The notes under the pieces are model-generated. The model saw nothing but the letters and a program-made list of their open reading frames with translations, did not search any database and was not told the DNA's origin. Below are positions 1 to 9,371 of a DNA stretch of 64,000 bases, in pieces (within the stretch, counting starts at the first letter, position 1; every line of letters begins with the position of its first letter). Source of the DNA: Candidatus Eiseniibacteriota bacterium (lineage in GTDB: Bacteria; Eisenbacteria; RBG-16-71-46); contig OY970178.1 in the NCBI GenBank assembly GCA_963707915.1, positions 2,912,001-2,976,000 on the forward strand, in the 5' to 3' direction. The translations under genes were made by a program, and so were the position numbers.

Positions 1-1
1 C

Positions 2-337
2 GCGCGGGACGTGGCGCGGATCGCCGGGCCCGCCGGCCGGCCGGGCCCGCTGTTCGTGCTCGACAACCCGCTGGTCTACCGGCTCGCGGGCCGCCCGGTG
101 TCGGCCGCCGCGTTCCACGGTGAGCTCTTCGCCCCGGAGATGGGCGCGGCGGAGTGGTCGGGGCTCGCGGCGCGGCTCGAGCGCGAACCGCCCGAGTACG
201 TCCTGGTCGAGCGGCACTACCTGCCGCTCGTGACCGGGGGAGCGCCCCGGGTGAGGCGCTTCGCCGCCTTCCTCGCCGGCGGCTACCGCGTGGCCTTCAC
301 CTCGACCTGCGGCGCCTGGTACGAGCGCGCGCGCTGA
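2..337 (+). CDS. C-terminal part of a hypothetical protein truncated by the window edge (possibly the periplasmic tail of a membrane glycosyltransferase)
   Basis: Frame open from the window start to TGA at 335-337; typical GC3-rich codons; no diagnostic motif. Confidence 0.45.
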   Translation, partial: ARDVARIAGPAGRPGPLFVLDNPLVYRLAGRPVSAAAFHGELFAPEMGAAEWSGLAARLEREPPEYVLVERHYLPLVTGGAPRVRRFAAFLAGGYRVAFTSTCGAWYERAR

Positions 338-389
338 GGCGGATGCGGGTAGACTCCGCCCGCGCCGCAGGGAACCCCGGGAGGACGAC

Positions 390-725
390 GTGACCGAGAT
401 GTTGCTCGTCTTCAGCAGCTTCGCCACCGAGGACGATGCCGTGCGCGTGGTGCGCGCACTGCTCGAGGAGCGCCTGGTCGCCTGCGCCAGCCTGTCGCCC
501 GGCGCCCGCTCGCTCTACCGCTGGCGGGGCGAGGTGGCGGACGAGCGCGAGGTGCTGGCCCTCCTCAAGACCCGCAGGCGGGACTGGCCGGCGCTGCTCG
601 CGCGCCTGCACGAGCTGCACCCCTACGAGGTCCCCGAGTGCGTCGCGGTGGAGGTCGCCGCGGTCGCGCCGAAGTACCTGGCGTGGCTCGAAGCGGCGCT
701 CGCCCCGCCGGCGGAGGGCGCGTGA
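390..725 (+). CDS. cutA: Divalent-cation tolerance protein CutA
   Basis: RBS GGAGG; motifs LEERLVAC, SLYRWRG, LHPYEVPE; 111 aa. Confidence 0.93.
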   Translation: MTEMLLVFSSFATEDDAVRVVRALLEERLVACASLSPGARSLYRWRGEVADEREVLALLKTRRRDWPALLARLHELHPYEVPECVAVEVAAVAPKYLAWLEAALAPPAEGA

Positions 726-1759
726 GCGCCGCCCGCCTGGTGCTCGGCATCGAGACCTCGTGCGACGACACCTCGGTCGCCGTGCTGGAGGAAGGGCGCA
801 CGCTGCGCGCGCACCTGATCGCCGCGCAGGACGTGCACCGGCTCTACGGCGGCGTGGTTCCCGAGCTGGCCTCACGCGCGCACCTCGAGTGGTTGCCGCG
901 GCTGGTCGCGCGCTGTCTCGCGGAGGCCCGGGTGGGCGCCGGCGAGCTCACCGGCATCGCGGTCACGCGCGCGCCGGGGCTGGTCGGCTCGCTGGTGGTG
1001 GGCGTGGCCTTCGCGCGCGCCTACGGCGCGGCCCTCGGCATCCCGGTGGTGGGGGTCAACCACATCGAGGCGCACCTGCACGCCGCGACGCTGGAGCACG
1101 GCGCGAGCCCGCTGCCCGCGGTGTCCCTGGTGGTCTCGGGAGGGCACACGGAGCTGGTGGAGGTGCGGGGCTTCGGCCGCTACCGCTGGCTCGGCAGCAC
1201 GCGCGACGACGCGGCGGGCGAGGCCTACGACAAGGTGGCGAAGCTCCTCGGGCTGGGCTTCCCGGGCGGACCGGCGATCGACCGCCTGGCCGCGCGGGGC
1301 AACCGGGCGGCGTTCGCGTTCCCGCGCCCGATGCTCGACCGCGCGGACCTCGACTTCTCCTTCTCGGGCCTCAAGACCGCGGTGGCGCTCGCGGTCGGCC
1401 GGCTCGGTCCGCCGCCGCACGGCGAGACGCTCCTCGCGGACCTCGCCGCCTCGTTCCAGGCCGCGGTGGTGGACACGCTGACCGGCAAGACGCTCCGCGC
1501 GGTGGACCAGGTGGGGGCCCGTGCGCTCGGCGTGGGCGGCGGCGTGGCGGCGAACCGGGAGTTGCGCGCGCGGCTCGCCGCGGGCTGCGACGAACGGGGC
1601 ATCCCGCTGCGGCTGCCTTCGTCGCGGCTCTGCGCGGACAACGCCGCGATGATCGCGCTGGTCGGTTCCTGGATGCTGGAGCAGGGCGCCGAGCCGGACG
1701 CGGACCTCGACGTGGTGGCCTCGCTCGAGGAGTCCGGCCTGCGGATGGACGGGAGCTGA
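722..1759 (+). CDS. tsaD: tRNA N6-threonylcarbamoyladenosine synthesis protein TsaD
   Basis: GTG overlaps the cutA stop (GTGA); LGIETSCDDT, GGVVPELASRAH, NHIEAH, SGGHT, DDAAGEAYDK, FSFSGLKT, DNAAMIA. Confidence 0.96.
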   Translation: MSAARLVLGIETSCDDTSVAVLEEGRTLRAHLIAAQDVHRLYGGVVPELASRAHLEWLPRLVARCLAEARVGAGELTGIAVTRAPGLVGSLVVGVAFARAYGAALGIPVVGVNHIEAHLHAATLEHGASPLPAVSLVVSGGHTELVEVRGFGRYRWLGSTRDDAAGEAYDKVAKLLGLGFPGGPAIDRLAARGNRAAFAFPRPMLDRADLDFSFSGLKTAVALAVGRLGPPPHGETLLADLAASFQAAVVDTLTGKTLRAVDQVGARALGVGGGVAANRELRARLAAGCDERGIPLRLPSSRLCADNAAMIALVGSWMLEQGAEPDADLDVVASLEESGLRMDGS

Positions 1760-2052
1760 GCTAACCCCCTCGTGGATGGCGACCTGCCCGGCGCGGCGGG
1801 GTCCCGGCGCGCCCGCGCCAGGCCGCCGCACCCCCCACGGCGTGCCGTGGCGGGCCGTGCCCCCCTCCAAAAGGCTGCAGCCCCGTCCATCGTCAGCCGA
1901 TACTCCTGGTGGTGCCGACCGTCGTGCCGGGATGCGCCGGTGGACGACGTGGGGCCGCAGATGGGAGCGCTCTCGTGCCCGCAGGGTGCGTGGTCGTTGC
2001 AGCGGCCCGCTGGAAGCGAACCGTGACCAGCCCTAGCCAGGAGTTCGTCGCA

Positions 2053-3018
2053 GTGGCCAAACTCAGGATCCTGATCGCGGAAGACGAGCCGAACCTGCGC
2101 GAGGTCCTGCGCATGCAACTCGAGCTGGAGGAATTCGAGGTGGTGGAGGCCTGCGACGGCGAGGCGGCCCTCGAGCTGGCCCAGCAGGTGCGTCCGGACG
2201 TCATCCTGCTCGACGTGATGATGCCCCGCATGGATGGCTACGAGGCCCTGCGACGGCTGCGCGCCTCGTACGCGACCCGCTTCATCCCGATCATCATGCT
2301 CACCGCCAAGCACGTGAAGCGGGACGTGATGACCGGCTTCGAGGGCGGGGCGAACGACTACATCACCAAGCCCTACGACCGCGGCGAGCTGCTGCTGCGG
2401 ATCAAGAACCAGCTGGGCTGGAGCCGCCAGCAGCGCGAGGCCAACCCGCTCACCGGGCTGCCCGGGAACCTCTCGATCAACGGCGAGACCGAGCGGCGCC
2501 TCGCCTCCCGCGAGCCGTTCGCCCTGCTCCAGGTGGACATCGACTTCTTCAAGGCCTACAACGACCACTACGGGTACCCGCGCGGCGACGAGGCCATCCA
2601 GACCCTGTCGCGCATCCTGGTCGAGGCCGCGGGCCGCCACGGCGAAGGGACCTTCGTCGGGCACATCGGCGGCGACGACTTCGTGCTGCTCACCGCCCCC
2701 GGGCACGCGGAGGCCATCGGCCGCGAGATCATCGACGCCTTCAACCGTGCCGTCCCGTCGCTCTACGACGCCGAGGATCGCGAGCGCGGCCACGTCGAGG
2801 TCAAGAACCGCCGCGGCGAGCTCGAGGACTTCCCGCTCATGAGCGTGACCATCGCCATGGTCAGCACGGACCGGGCCCAGGTCTCGCACCTGGCGCAGCT
2901 CACCGACATCGCGCAGGAATTGAAGGCCCACGGCAAGGGCATCCCCGGCAGCGTCCTGGTCGGGGAACGCCGACATGTCGACCCCGACGCGGCCGACGTG
3001 GAACGTCACGCAGCCTAG
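2053..3018 (+). CDS. Response regulator-diguanylate cyclase (REC-GGDEF; GGDDF variant)
   Basis: AGGAG before GTG 2053; REC motifs IAEDE, LLDVMMP, LTAK, KPY; GGDEF motifs NPLTGLPGN, DIDFFKAYNDHYG..GD, GHIGGDDF. Confidence 0.9.
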   Translation: MAKLRILIAEDEPNLREVLRMQLELEEFEVVEACDGEAALELAQQVRPDVILLDVMMPRMDGYEALRRLRASYATRFIPIIMLTAKHVKRDVMTGFEGGANDYITKPYDRGELLLRIKNQLGWSRQQREANPLTGLPGNLSINGETERRLASREPFALLQVDIDFFKAYNDHYGYPRGDEAIQTLSRILVEAAGRHGEGTFVGHIGGDDFVLLTAPGHAEAIGREIIDAFNRAVPSLYDAEDRERGHVEVKNRRGELEDFPLMSVTIAMVSTDRAQVSHLAQLTDIAQELKAHGKGIPGSVLVGERRHVDPDAADVERHAA

Positions 3019-3027
3019 GACGAACGC

Positions 3028-5751
3028 ATGAGCCGCAGCAGCGCGAAGTCGGGACCGTCCCAGAGCGAACTCCACATGAAGGGGGAGCTCGACCGGACGC
3101 GGCGCGAGCTGGCCAAGCTCAAGAAGGGTGCGGTCGCGGCCGCAGCGGCCGCCGCCGAGGCCGAATCGAGGACCGGGGTCCCCGCCGCCGAGGCCGGACC
3201 CGGAGCCGCGGTCCCCGCCATCGCCGCCGCCGGCGACGGTCCGCGCGAGCCGGCGCCCGGCCCGTCCGCGGAGACCGACGCGCTGCGCCAGCAGGTGACG
3301 GAGCTCACCGCCACCCGCCAGCGCCTGAGCCGTCTCTACTTCAGCCAGATCGAGGAGAACCGGCGGCGCGGCAAGCGGCTGCACCAGATCCTCGAGAGCA
3401 TCGGGCAGATCAACTCCGAGCTGGACCTCGACACCCTGCTGCCGCGCATCGCGGAGGTCGTCAGCGCGACCCTCGGGTTCCGCATCGTCCTGATCTACAT
3501 CCTCGACCCGGAGTCCGGCCGGTTCCGGGCCAGCGCCTTCGCCGGGATCGACGACGCCGGCCGCGCGCGGCTCGAGGCCGCCGACGTCACGGTCGAGGAG
3601 TTCGGCGAGTGGCTCCGCGAGGAGTGCCGGGTCAGCCGCTCGTACTACATCAACCACCGGCACGAGCCCGGCCGGCGGCCCTCGCAGGACTACCGGCCCG
3701 GCCTCGGGCCGCGCGAGGAGTGGGAGTGGCACGACGGGGACGTGCTGCTGGTGCCGCTGCAGAACCGCAACGGGGACCTGGCGGGCTACTTCTCGGTGGA
3801 TGACCCCGTGGACCGGCTGGTGCCCTCGACCGAGACGATCGAGCTGCTGGAGATCTTCGCCGGGCACGCCGTCGTCGCGATCGAGAACGCCCGGCTCTAC
3901 CACGAGCGCGAGGTGCAGGCCTGCCGGCTCCGGGAGGCCGGGCAGCGCGCCCAGGAACTGCACTCGCTCCGGACCAACTTCGTCTCGGCCGTCTCCCACG
4001 AGCTGCGCACGCCGCTCACCGCCATCCGGGCGTACCTGGACACCATGCTCGCCGCGCCGGAGGAGGGCCTCACCCACGAGCGCCTGCGCCACTTCCTGGG
4101 CATCATGAGCGAGGAGGCGCGGCGCCTGGCGCGGCTGGTCGAGTCGGTGCTCGACATCAACCGCTTCGACACGGAGGACATGCCCTCGCAGCACGTGCCC
4201 GTGGACCTCGGGGGGGTCGTCGCGGACACGGTGCGCCAGCTCGCTCCGTCCGCCGAGGCCGGGCAGGTATCCCTCAAGCTGGTGAACGATTGCGCCGATA
4301 CTTGGGCGGAAGCCGACCTGGAACAGATGCGGCAGCTGGTGCTGCACCTGGGGAGCAACGCGGTCAAGTTCACCCCGCCGGGGGGAACCGTGACCGTGTT
4401 CCTTTCGGGTTCGGCCGAGGAGATCGCCCTGCGGGTGGAAGACACCGGCATCGGGATCCCCGAGGCGGCGCTCGGGAACGTGTTCGAGCGCTTCTACCAG
4501 GTGGATTCGTCGCTGGCCCGCCGCTTCGGCGGAGCGGGACTGGGGCTGGCGGTGTGCAAGTCCATCGTCGAGTGGCACGGGGGGCGCATCACCGCCGAGA
4601 GCGCTCCCGGCCGCGGTTCGTGTTTCACCGTGGTGTTGCCGCGGCGGAGCGGACCGCGGGTGGCGTTGCAGTCGGAGCCTTCGGCGGCATCGGGGCCGGA
4701 GAGTCTCCTGAGGCTTGCGATCGAGATGGTGGCCGAGGTCATGGATGCGCGCGTGGTCTCCCTGCTGGTCCCCGGACCGGACGGGGACTTCGGCGTGCGC
4801 GCGGCCGTCGGTCTCGACGCGCGCGTGATGCGCGAGACGCGCATCCGTTCGGGGGAGGGCGTGGTCGGCTGGGTGGTCGAGAACCGGCGCCCGCTGTGCG
4901 TCTCGAACGCCCAGGTGCCGGGCGAGGCCGCCGGCTCGGATCACGGGCACTACCAGACCCGCACGTTCCTGTCGGTGCCGGTCGAGGGGGACGAGGGCCT
5001 GCTCGGCGTGCTCAACGTGACCGATCCCCGCTCCGGGAAGCCGTTCGAAGCGGAGGAATGCGCGTTGCTGCTCCACCTGGCCGAGCGGGTGGGCGACGCG
5101 TGGGCCGCGCTGCAGCGCGCGGACGAGCGCGTCTCCGGCCTGGACGGCACCGTGCGCGCGCTGCGCCAGATGCAGAGCCAGCCGGGCCGCGACGGCTCCG
5201 AGGCCGGCGCCGGCGTGCGGCTCGCCCGCGCGCTGGCGCAGGAACTGGGCCTGGACGAGGCCGAGGTCGCGAACGTCGCCTTCGCGGCCAGCGTGCACGA
5301 CATCGGCATGACCGGCCTGCCGGGCAGCCTGCGCGAGTGCGCCGCCTCCTTCTCCTCGGACGAGCGCGTCCTGATGGAGCGGCACGTCGAGATCGGGGCG
5401 GACCTGCTGAAGCCGCTCGACGTGGTCGGCGCGGTCCGCGAGATCGTGCTCTCGCACCACGAGTGGTGGGACGGCACCGGCTATCCGTGCGGGTTGCGCG
5501 CGGACGAGATCCCCATCGGGGCCCGCATCCTGGCCGTGGTGGACGCGTGGGAGAGCATGACGGTGGGCAGGCCCCACCGGCCCGCGCGCGCGGAAGACGA
5601 CGCCCGGCTCGAGCTGGGGCGTCTCGCGGGGCGGCAGTTCGAACCCCGTGTCGTCGAGGCCTTCGAGCGCGTGCTGGACGCTTCGCGTCCGGCGTCCGCG
5701 CCCGCGGGATCGAACACGAAGGACGACGCGAACGCCATCGCAGGGAGGTGA
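3028..5751 (+). CDS. Hybrid GAF-histidine kinase-GAF-HD-GYP signalling protein
   Basis: GAF ending AIENARLY; H-box SHELRTPL; NAVKF, DTGIGI, FERFYQ, GAGLGL; second GAF; HDIG, HHEWWDGTGYP, ARILAVVDAW. Confidence 0.88.
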   Translation: MSRSSAKSGPSQSELHMKGELDRTRRELAKLKKGAVAAAAAAAEAESRTGVPAAEAGPGAAVPAIAAAGDGPREPAPGPSAETDALRQQVTELTATRQRLSRLYFSQIEENRRRGKRLHQILESIGQINSELDLDTLLPRIAEVVSATLGFRIVLIYILDPESGRFRASAFAGIDDAGRARLEAADVTVEEFGEWLREECRVSRSYYINHRHEPGRRPSQDYRPGLGPREEWEWHDGDVLLVPLQNRNGDLAGYFSVDDPVDRLVPSTETIELLEIFAGHAVVAIENARLYHEREVQACRLREAGQRAQELHSLRTNFVSAVSHELRTPLTAIRAYLDTMLAAPEEGLTHERLRHFLGIMSEEARRLARLVESVLDINRFDTEDMPSQHVPVDLGGVVADTVRQLAPSAEAGQVSLKLVNDCADTWAEADLEQMRQLVLHLGSNAVKFTPPGGTVTVFLSGSAEEIALRVEDTGIGIPEAALGNVFERFYQVDSSLARRFGGAGLGLAVCKSIVEWHGGRITAESAPGRGSCFTVVLPRRSGPRVALQSEPSAASGPESLLRLAIEMVAEVMDARVVSLLVPGPDGDFGVRAAVGLDARVMRETRIRSGEGVVGWVVENRRPLCVSNAQVPGEAAGSDHGHYQTRTFLSVPVEGDEGLLGVLNVTDPRSGKPFEAEECALLLHLAERVGDAWAALQRADERVSGLDGTVRALRQMQSQPGRDGSEAGAGVRLARALAQELGLDEAEVANVAFAASVHDIGMTGLPGSLRECAASFSSDERVLMERHVEIGADLLKPLDVVGAVREIVLSHHEWWDGTGYPCGLRADEIPIGARILAVVDAWESMTVGRPHRPARAEDDARLELGRLAGRQFEPRVVEAFERVLDASRPASAPAGSNTKDDANAIAGR

Positions 5752-5756
5752 GTGAC

Positions 5757-6152
5757 ATGGCGAAGGGCAAGATCCTGGTCGTGGATGACGAGATCTACAT
5801 CGTGCACATCCTGGACTTCAGTCTGGGCATGGAAGGCTACGAGGTGCTGACCGCGCTGGACGGCGAACAGGCGCTGGAACGGGCGCGCGCCGAGCATCCG
5901 GACCTCATCGTGCTGGACATCATGATGCCCAAGCTGGACGGCTACGAGACCTGCAAGCTGCTCAAGGCCGATCCCGCCACGAGGGAGATCCCGGTGATCC
6001 TGCTGTCGGCCAAGGGCCGCAACGTGGATCAGAAGGTCGGCTTCGAAGTCGGGGCCAACGACTACATCACCAAGCCGTTCAGTCCGCGCAAGCTGGTCGA
6101 GCGCATCAACGCGCTGCTCGGCCAGGCCAGCCCTCACCGCATGCAGGCCTGA
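5757..6152 (+). CDS. Single-domain response regulator
   Basis: GGAGG before ATG 5757; ILVVDDE, VLDIMMP, LSAK, KPF; 131 aa with no output domain. Confidence 0.92.
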   Translation: MAKGKILVVDDEIYIVHILDFSLGMEGYEVLTALDGEQALERARAEHPDLIVLDIMMPKLDGYETCKLLKADPATREIPVILLSAKGRNVDQKVGFEVGANDYITKPFSPRKLVERINALLGQASPHRMQA

Positions 6153-6153
6153 A

Positions 6154-6190
6154 CCCCGGTCGGGAGTCTTCACCCCTCCTTCGACCGGGG
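6154..6190 (+). terminator. Stem-loop closing the signalling operon
   Basis: CCCCGGTCG...CGACCGGGG inverted repeat right after the stop; no U-tract. Confidence 0.45.
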
Positions 6191-6314
6191 GCAGGCCGCA
6201 GGCGTGGGCTGCCTCCCGGCGCCGCGCGCGCCGCGCGCTTGCCGCGCGCCCCCTGGCACGTCATGCTGACCCCGACGTCCACCAGCGCCACGCGCCCCCC
6301 ATCCCGATCCGGAC

Positions 6315-8312
6315 ATGCCCTTCGCCCACGTCGCCTTGCCGCTGCCCGTGCGGCAGACCTTTCTCTACCGCGTCCCCGACGCCCTCGTGGCGCGCGCCGT
6401 GCCCGGCGCCCAGGTCTCGGTGCCCTTCCACGGGCGCGCCCGGCGTGGCTTCGTCGTCGGCCTTTCGGCCACCTGTGACCTCGGGAAGGTGAACGAGTTG
6501 ACCGGCGTCCTGCCGGTGCCGCCGCTCTCGAGACACCAGCTCGAGCTGGCGCGCTGGATCGCGGAGTACTACCTCGCTCCGCTGGGCGAGGTGCTGGCGG
6601 CGGGCCTGCCGGGCGGGCTCGAGGGCTTCGCCCGCAGCCGCGCGCGACGCGGCGCCGAGGAGGAGCCGGTGATGACACTGCCGCTGCCGGAACGCGTGCG
6701 GCTCACCGGCGGGCAGGCCGCGGCGGTGCGCGAGGTGGTCGGCGCGGTCGCCCGGGGCGGGTTCGCGCCGCTGCTGCTGCACGGCGTCACGGCCAGCGGC
6801 AAGACCGAGGTGTACCTACGCGCCGCGCACGCCGCCCGCGAGGCCGGCGGCCAGACCTTGGTGCTGGTGCCCGAGGTGGCGCTGGGCTCGCAGGTGGTGG
6901 CGGCCTTCCGCAAGCGCTTCTCGTCGCGGATCGGGGTGCTGCACTCCTACCTCACGGTGGGGGAGCGGCGCCGCAACTGGGAGCTGGCGAGCCGCGGCGC
7001 GCTCGACGTGGTGGTGGGAGCGCGCTCGGCGGTCTTCGCGCCGCTGCCGGACCTCCGCCTGATCGTGGTGGACGAGGAACACGAGCCCGCCTACAAGCAG
7101 AGCGAGATGCTGCGCTACCACGGGCGCGACGTCGCCGTGCGGCGCGCCCAGCTGCTCGGCATCCCGGTGGTGCTGGGGTCGGCCACGCCGAGCCTGGAGT
7201 CGCTGGCCAACGCCGCGCGCGGCAAGTACCGCCTGCTGCGGCTGCCCGGGCGCGTGGACGCGCGTCCCCTGCCGGTGGTGCGCGTGGTGGACCTGAGACG
7301 CGACGGCGCGGACGGGGGGCTGCTCTCGCCCCCGCTGCGGAAGGCCATCGCCGAGCGGCTCGAGCGCCGCGAGCAGGTCGTGCTGTTCCTGAACCGCCGC
7401 GGGCACTCGCACTACACGCAGTGCCGCGCCTGCGGCTTCACGCCCGAGTGCCCGGACTGCGACATCACGCTCACGTTGCACCTCGCGCCCGACGAGTGGC
7501 GCTGCCACTACTGCGACCACCACCAGCCGGCCTCGCCGCGCTGCCCGTCCTGCCACGCCCCGATGCTGCGCTTCGCCGGCGCGGGCACCCAGCGCGCCGA
7601 GCGCGAGATCGCCGCGGCCTTCCCGGCGGCGCGCCTCCTGCGCCTCGACACCGACGTGGCGCGCGCGCAGGGCGGCACGCACCCGGTGCTGGCGGCCTTC
7701 GCGCGCGGCGCGGCCGACGTGCTGCTGGGCACCCAGATGATCGCCAAGGGGCTCGACTTCCCGCGCGTGACCCTGGTGGGCGTGCTCGACGCGGACGTGG
7801 CGCTCCACCTGCCCGACTTCCGCGCCGCCGAGCGCACCTTCCAGCTGCTGGTGCAGGTCTCGGGGCGCGCCGGCCGCGGGCCGGTCGCGGGCGAGGTGTT
7901 CGTGCAGACCTGCACGCCCGAACACCACGCGATCGCGGCGGCGGCGCTGAACGACGAGCGGCTGTTCCTCGACCGCGAGCTCGGGCAGCGCCGCGAGGCG
8001 GGCTACCCGCCGTTCCGCCGGCTCGCGACCGTCCTGTTCTCGGGAGCCGACGAGGGCCGGGTCGAGGCCGCCGCGACGCGCATCCGCGAGCGGATCGAGG
8101 CGCCGGCCGAGGCGGCGGGCGTCGAGGTGCTGGGCCCGGCGCCGCAGGCGCTGGCGCGGCTCAAGCGACGCTATCGCTGGCACCTGCTGCTCAAGGGCAC
8201 GAACGCCGCCCGCCTGCACGAGACGGTGGCGCTGGCGCTCGAGCAGGCGGACGCGGCCCGGCTTCAGGGGGTGAAGGTCATGGCGGACGTGGACCCGGTG
8301 GAGGTGCTGTGA
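6315..8312 (+). CDS. priA: Primosomal helicase PriA
   Basis: GVTASGKTEVY, DEEHE, SATPSLE, four CxxC pairs, GTQMIAKGLDF, QVSGRAGR, DVDP. Confidence 0.96.
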   Translation: MPFAHVALPLPVRQTFLYRVPDALVARAVPGAQVSVPFHGRARRGFVVGLSATCDLGKVNELTGVLPVPPLSRHQLELARWIAEYYLAPLGEVLAAGLPGGLEGFARSRARRGAEEEPVMTLPLPERVRLTGGQAAAVREVVGAVARGGFAPLLLHGVTASGKTEVYLRAAHAAREAGGQTLVLVPEVALGSQVVAAFRKRFSSRIGVLHSYLTVGERRRNWELASRGALDVVVGARSAVFAPLPDLRLIVVDEEHEPAYKQSEMLRYHGRDVAVRRAQLLGIPVVLGSATPSLESLANAARGKYRLLRLPGRVDARPLPVVRVVDLRRDGADGGLLSPPLRKAIAERLERREQVVLFLNRRGHSHYTQCRACGFTPECPDCDITLTLHLAPDEWRCHYCDHHQPASPRCPSCHAPMLRFAGAGTQRAEREIAAAFPAARLLRLDTDVARAQGGTHPVLAAFARGAADVLLGTQMIAKGLDFPRVTLVGVLDADVALHLPDFRAAERTFQLLVQVSGRAGRGPVAGEVFVQTCTPEHHAIAAAALNDERLFLDRELGQRREAGYPPFRRLATVLFSGADEGRVEAAATRIRERIEAPAEAAGVEVLGPAPQALARLKRRYRWHLLLKGTNAARLHETVALALEQADAARLQGVKVMADVDPVEVL

Positions 8313-8458
8313 GCCGGACCTCCCGCCGGGTCCCGACCCCTCCGACCTGGTTCCGGAATGCAACACCCTGTGGCGCGTAGGAGACTGGAGGGCGGGAACC
8401 TCGGGGAGGGGGCTCCCCGCAGGCCGGTCGGACCGGCCCGCCCGGATGGGCTTCCGCC

Positions 8459-8488
8459 TTGACGGGGTTGCGTTTGCGCCCCTAGAGT
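8459..8488 (+). promoter_or_regulatory. Sigma70-type promoter
   Basis: TTGACG-N18-TAGAGT upstream of the HD-domain gene. Confidence 0.55.
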
Positions 8489-8539
8489 CGGTTTGCTCGT
8501 CTGTCCGTTCCAGTCCGTCAGGGCTGGCACACAACCCGC

Positions 8540-9301
8540 ATGTCAGGGTCCTTCATGAACCATCGAAACGCCAGCAGCCGGCTGGCCGCCCCGGGGGCCC
8601 GGGGCGACCAGGCCCCCACCGACGGCACGCCCGGAAGCGCCCTCGTCACCTTCGAGATGGTCCGCGACAATCCCCGGGTCAAGGCCTTCATCCGGAGCGC
8701 CGACAGCGCCCTGGAAGTGATCGGCTACACCGAGCACGGCGAGCGGCATGTCGGCCTGGTGGCGCACATCGCCTACAACACGCTCAAGCGCCTGGGGCAC
8801 CCCGAGCGGGAGGCGGAGCTGGCGGCCATCGCGGGCTACCTGCACGACATCGGCAACGCGGTGAACCGGGAGGTCCACGCCCAGACCGGGGCGGTCATGG
8901 CCATGCGCATCCTCACCGACATGGGCATGCCGGACGACGAGATCGTCAAGGTGATGGGGGCGATCGGCAACCACCACGAGACCGACGGGTCGGCCATCAG
9001 CCCGGTGGCGGCCGCGGTCATCCTGGGCGACAAGAGCGACGTGCACCGCACCCGGGTGCGCAACCCGGACATGATCAAGTTCGACGTGCACGACCGCGTG
9101 AACTACGCGGTGGAGAAGAGTTTCCTGAACGTGGACGAGTCCAGGAAGGAGATCACCCTGGAGCTCACCATCGACACCAAGATCTCGCAGGTCATGGAGT
9201 ATTTCGAGATCTTCCTGACCCGGATGCTCGCCTGCCGCAAGGCCGCCATCTTCCTGGGGATGTCCTTCGGACTGACGGTGAACGGGAATCGTCTGACGTG
9301 A
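8540..9301 (+). CDS. HD-domain metal-dependent phosphohydrolase (start may be further downstream)
   Basis: TEHGERH, YLHDIGN, H, NHHE, GDKSD metal-ligand pattern. Confidence 0.8.
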   Translation: MSGSFMNHRNASSRLAAPGARGDQAPTDGTPGSALVTFEMVRDNPRVKAFIRSADSALEVIGYTEHGERHVGLVAHIAYNTLKRLGHPEREAELAAIAGYLHDIGNAVNREVHAQTGAVMAMRILTDMGMPDDEIVKVMGAIGNHHETDGSAISPVAAAVILGDKSDVHRTRVRNPDMIKFDVHDRVNYAVEKSFLNVDESRKEITLELTIDTKISQVMEYFEIFLTRMLACRKAAIFLGMSFGLTVNGNRLT

Positions 9302-9371
9302 GAACGCGCCGGGGATCCGGCCCGTCGGGAGCCGCGTCCGCGGTCCCCGGTGGCGAATGGAGGAGGGACCA

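Noticed and set aside
1225..5577. Very long antisense and alternate-frame ORFs (e.g. 1450 aa here, 1573 aa at 27274-31995, 1224 aa at 23570-27244)
   Set aside because: Shadow ORFs expected at high GC; they overlap motif-bearing genes and are Arg/Ala/Pro/Gly-rich without domains
4290..6152. Apparent long fusions in the ORF track (620-aa REC, 1068-aa M16, 1076-aa CDP-transferase, 711-aa GerMN)
   Set aside because: N-terminal parts are off-frame read-through of upstream genes; real starts have an RBS or stop overlap further downstream
8311..8416. SRP RNA (ffs) as the identity of the post-priA hairpin
   Set aside because: Lacks the conserved CAGG..GGAA..AGCAG domain IV motif on either strand
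8525..8540. Sigma54-like TGGCAC-N7-GCA
   Set aside because: Lacks the TT before GC and overlaps the first possible start; a better sigma70 site lies upstream
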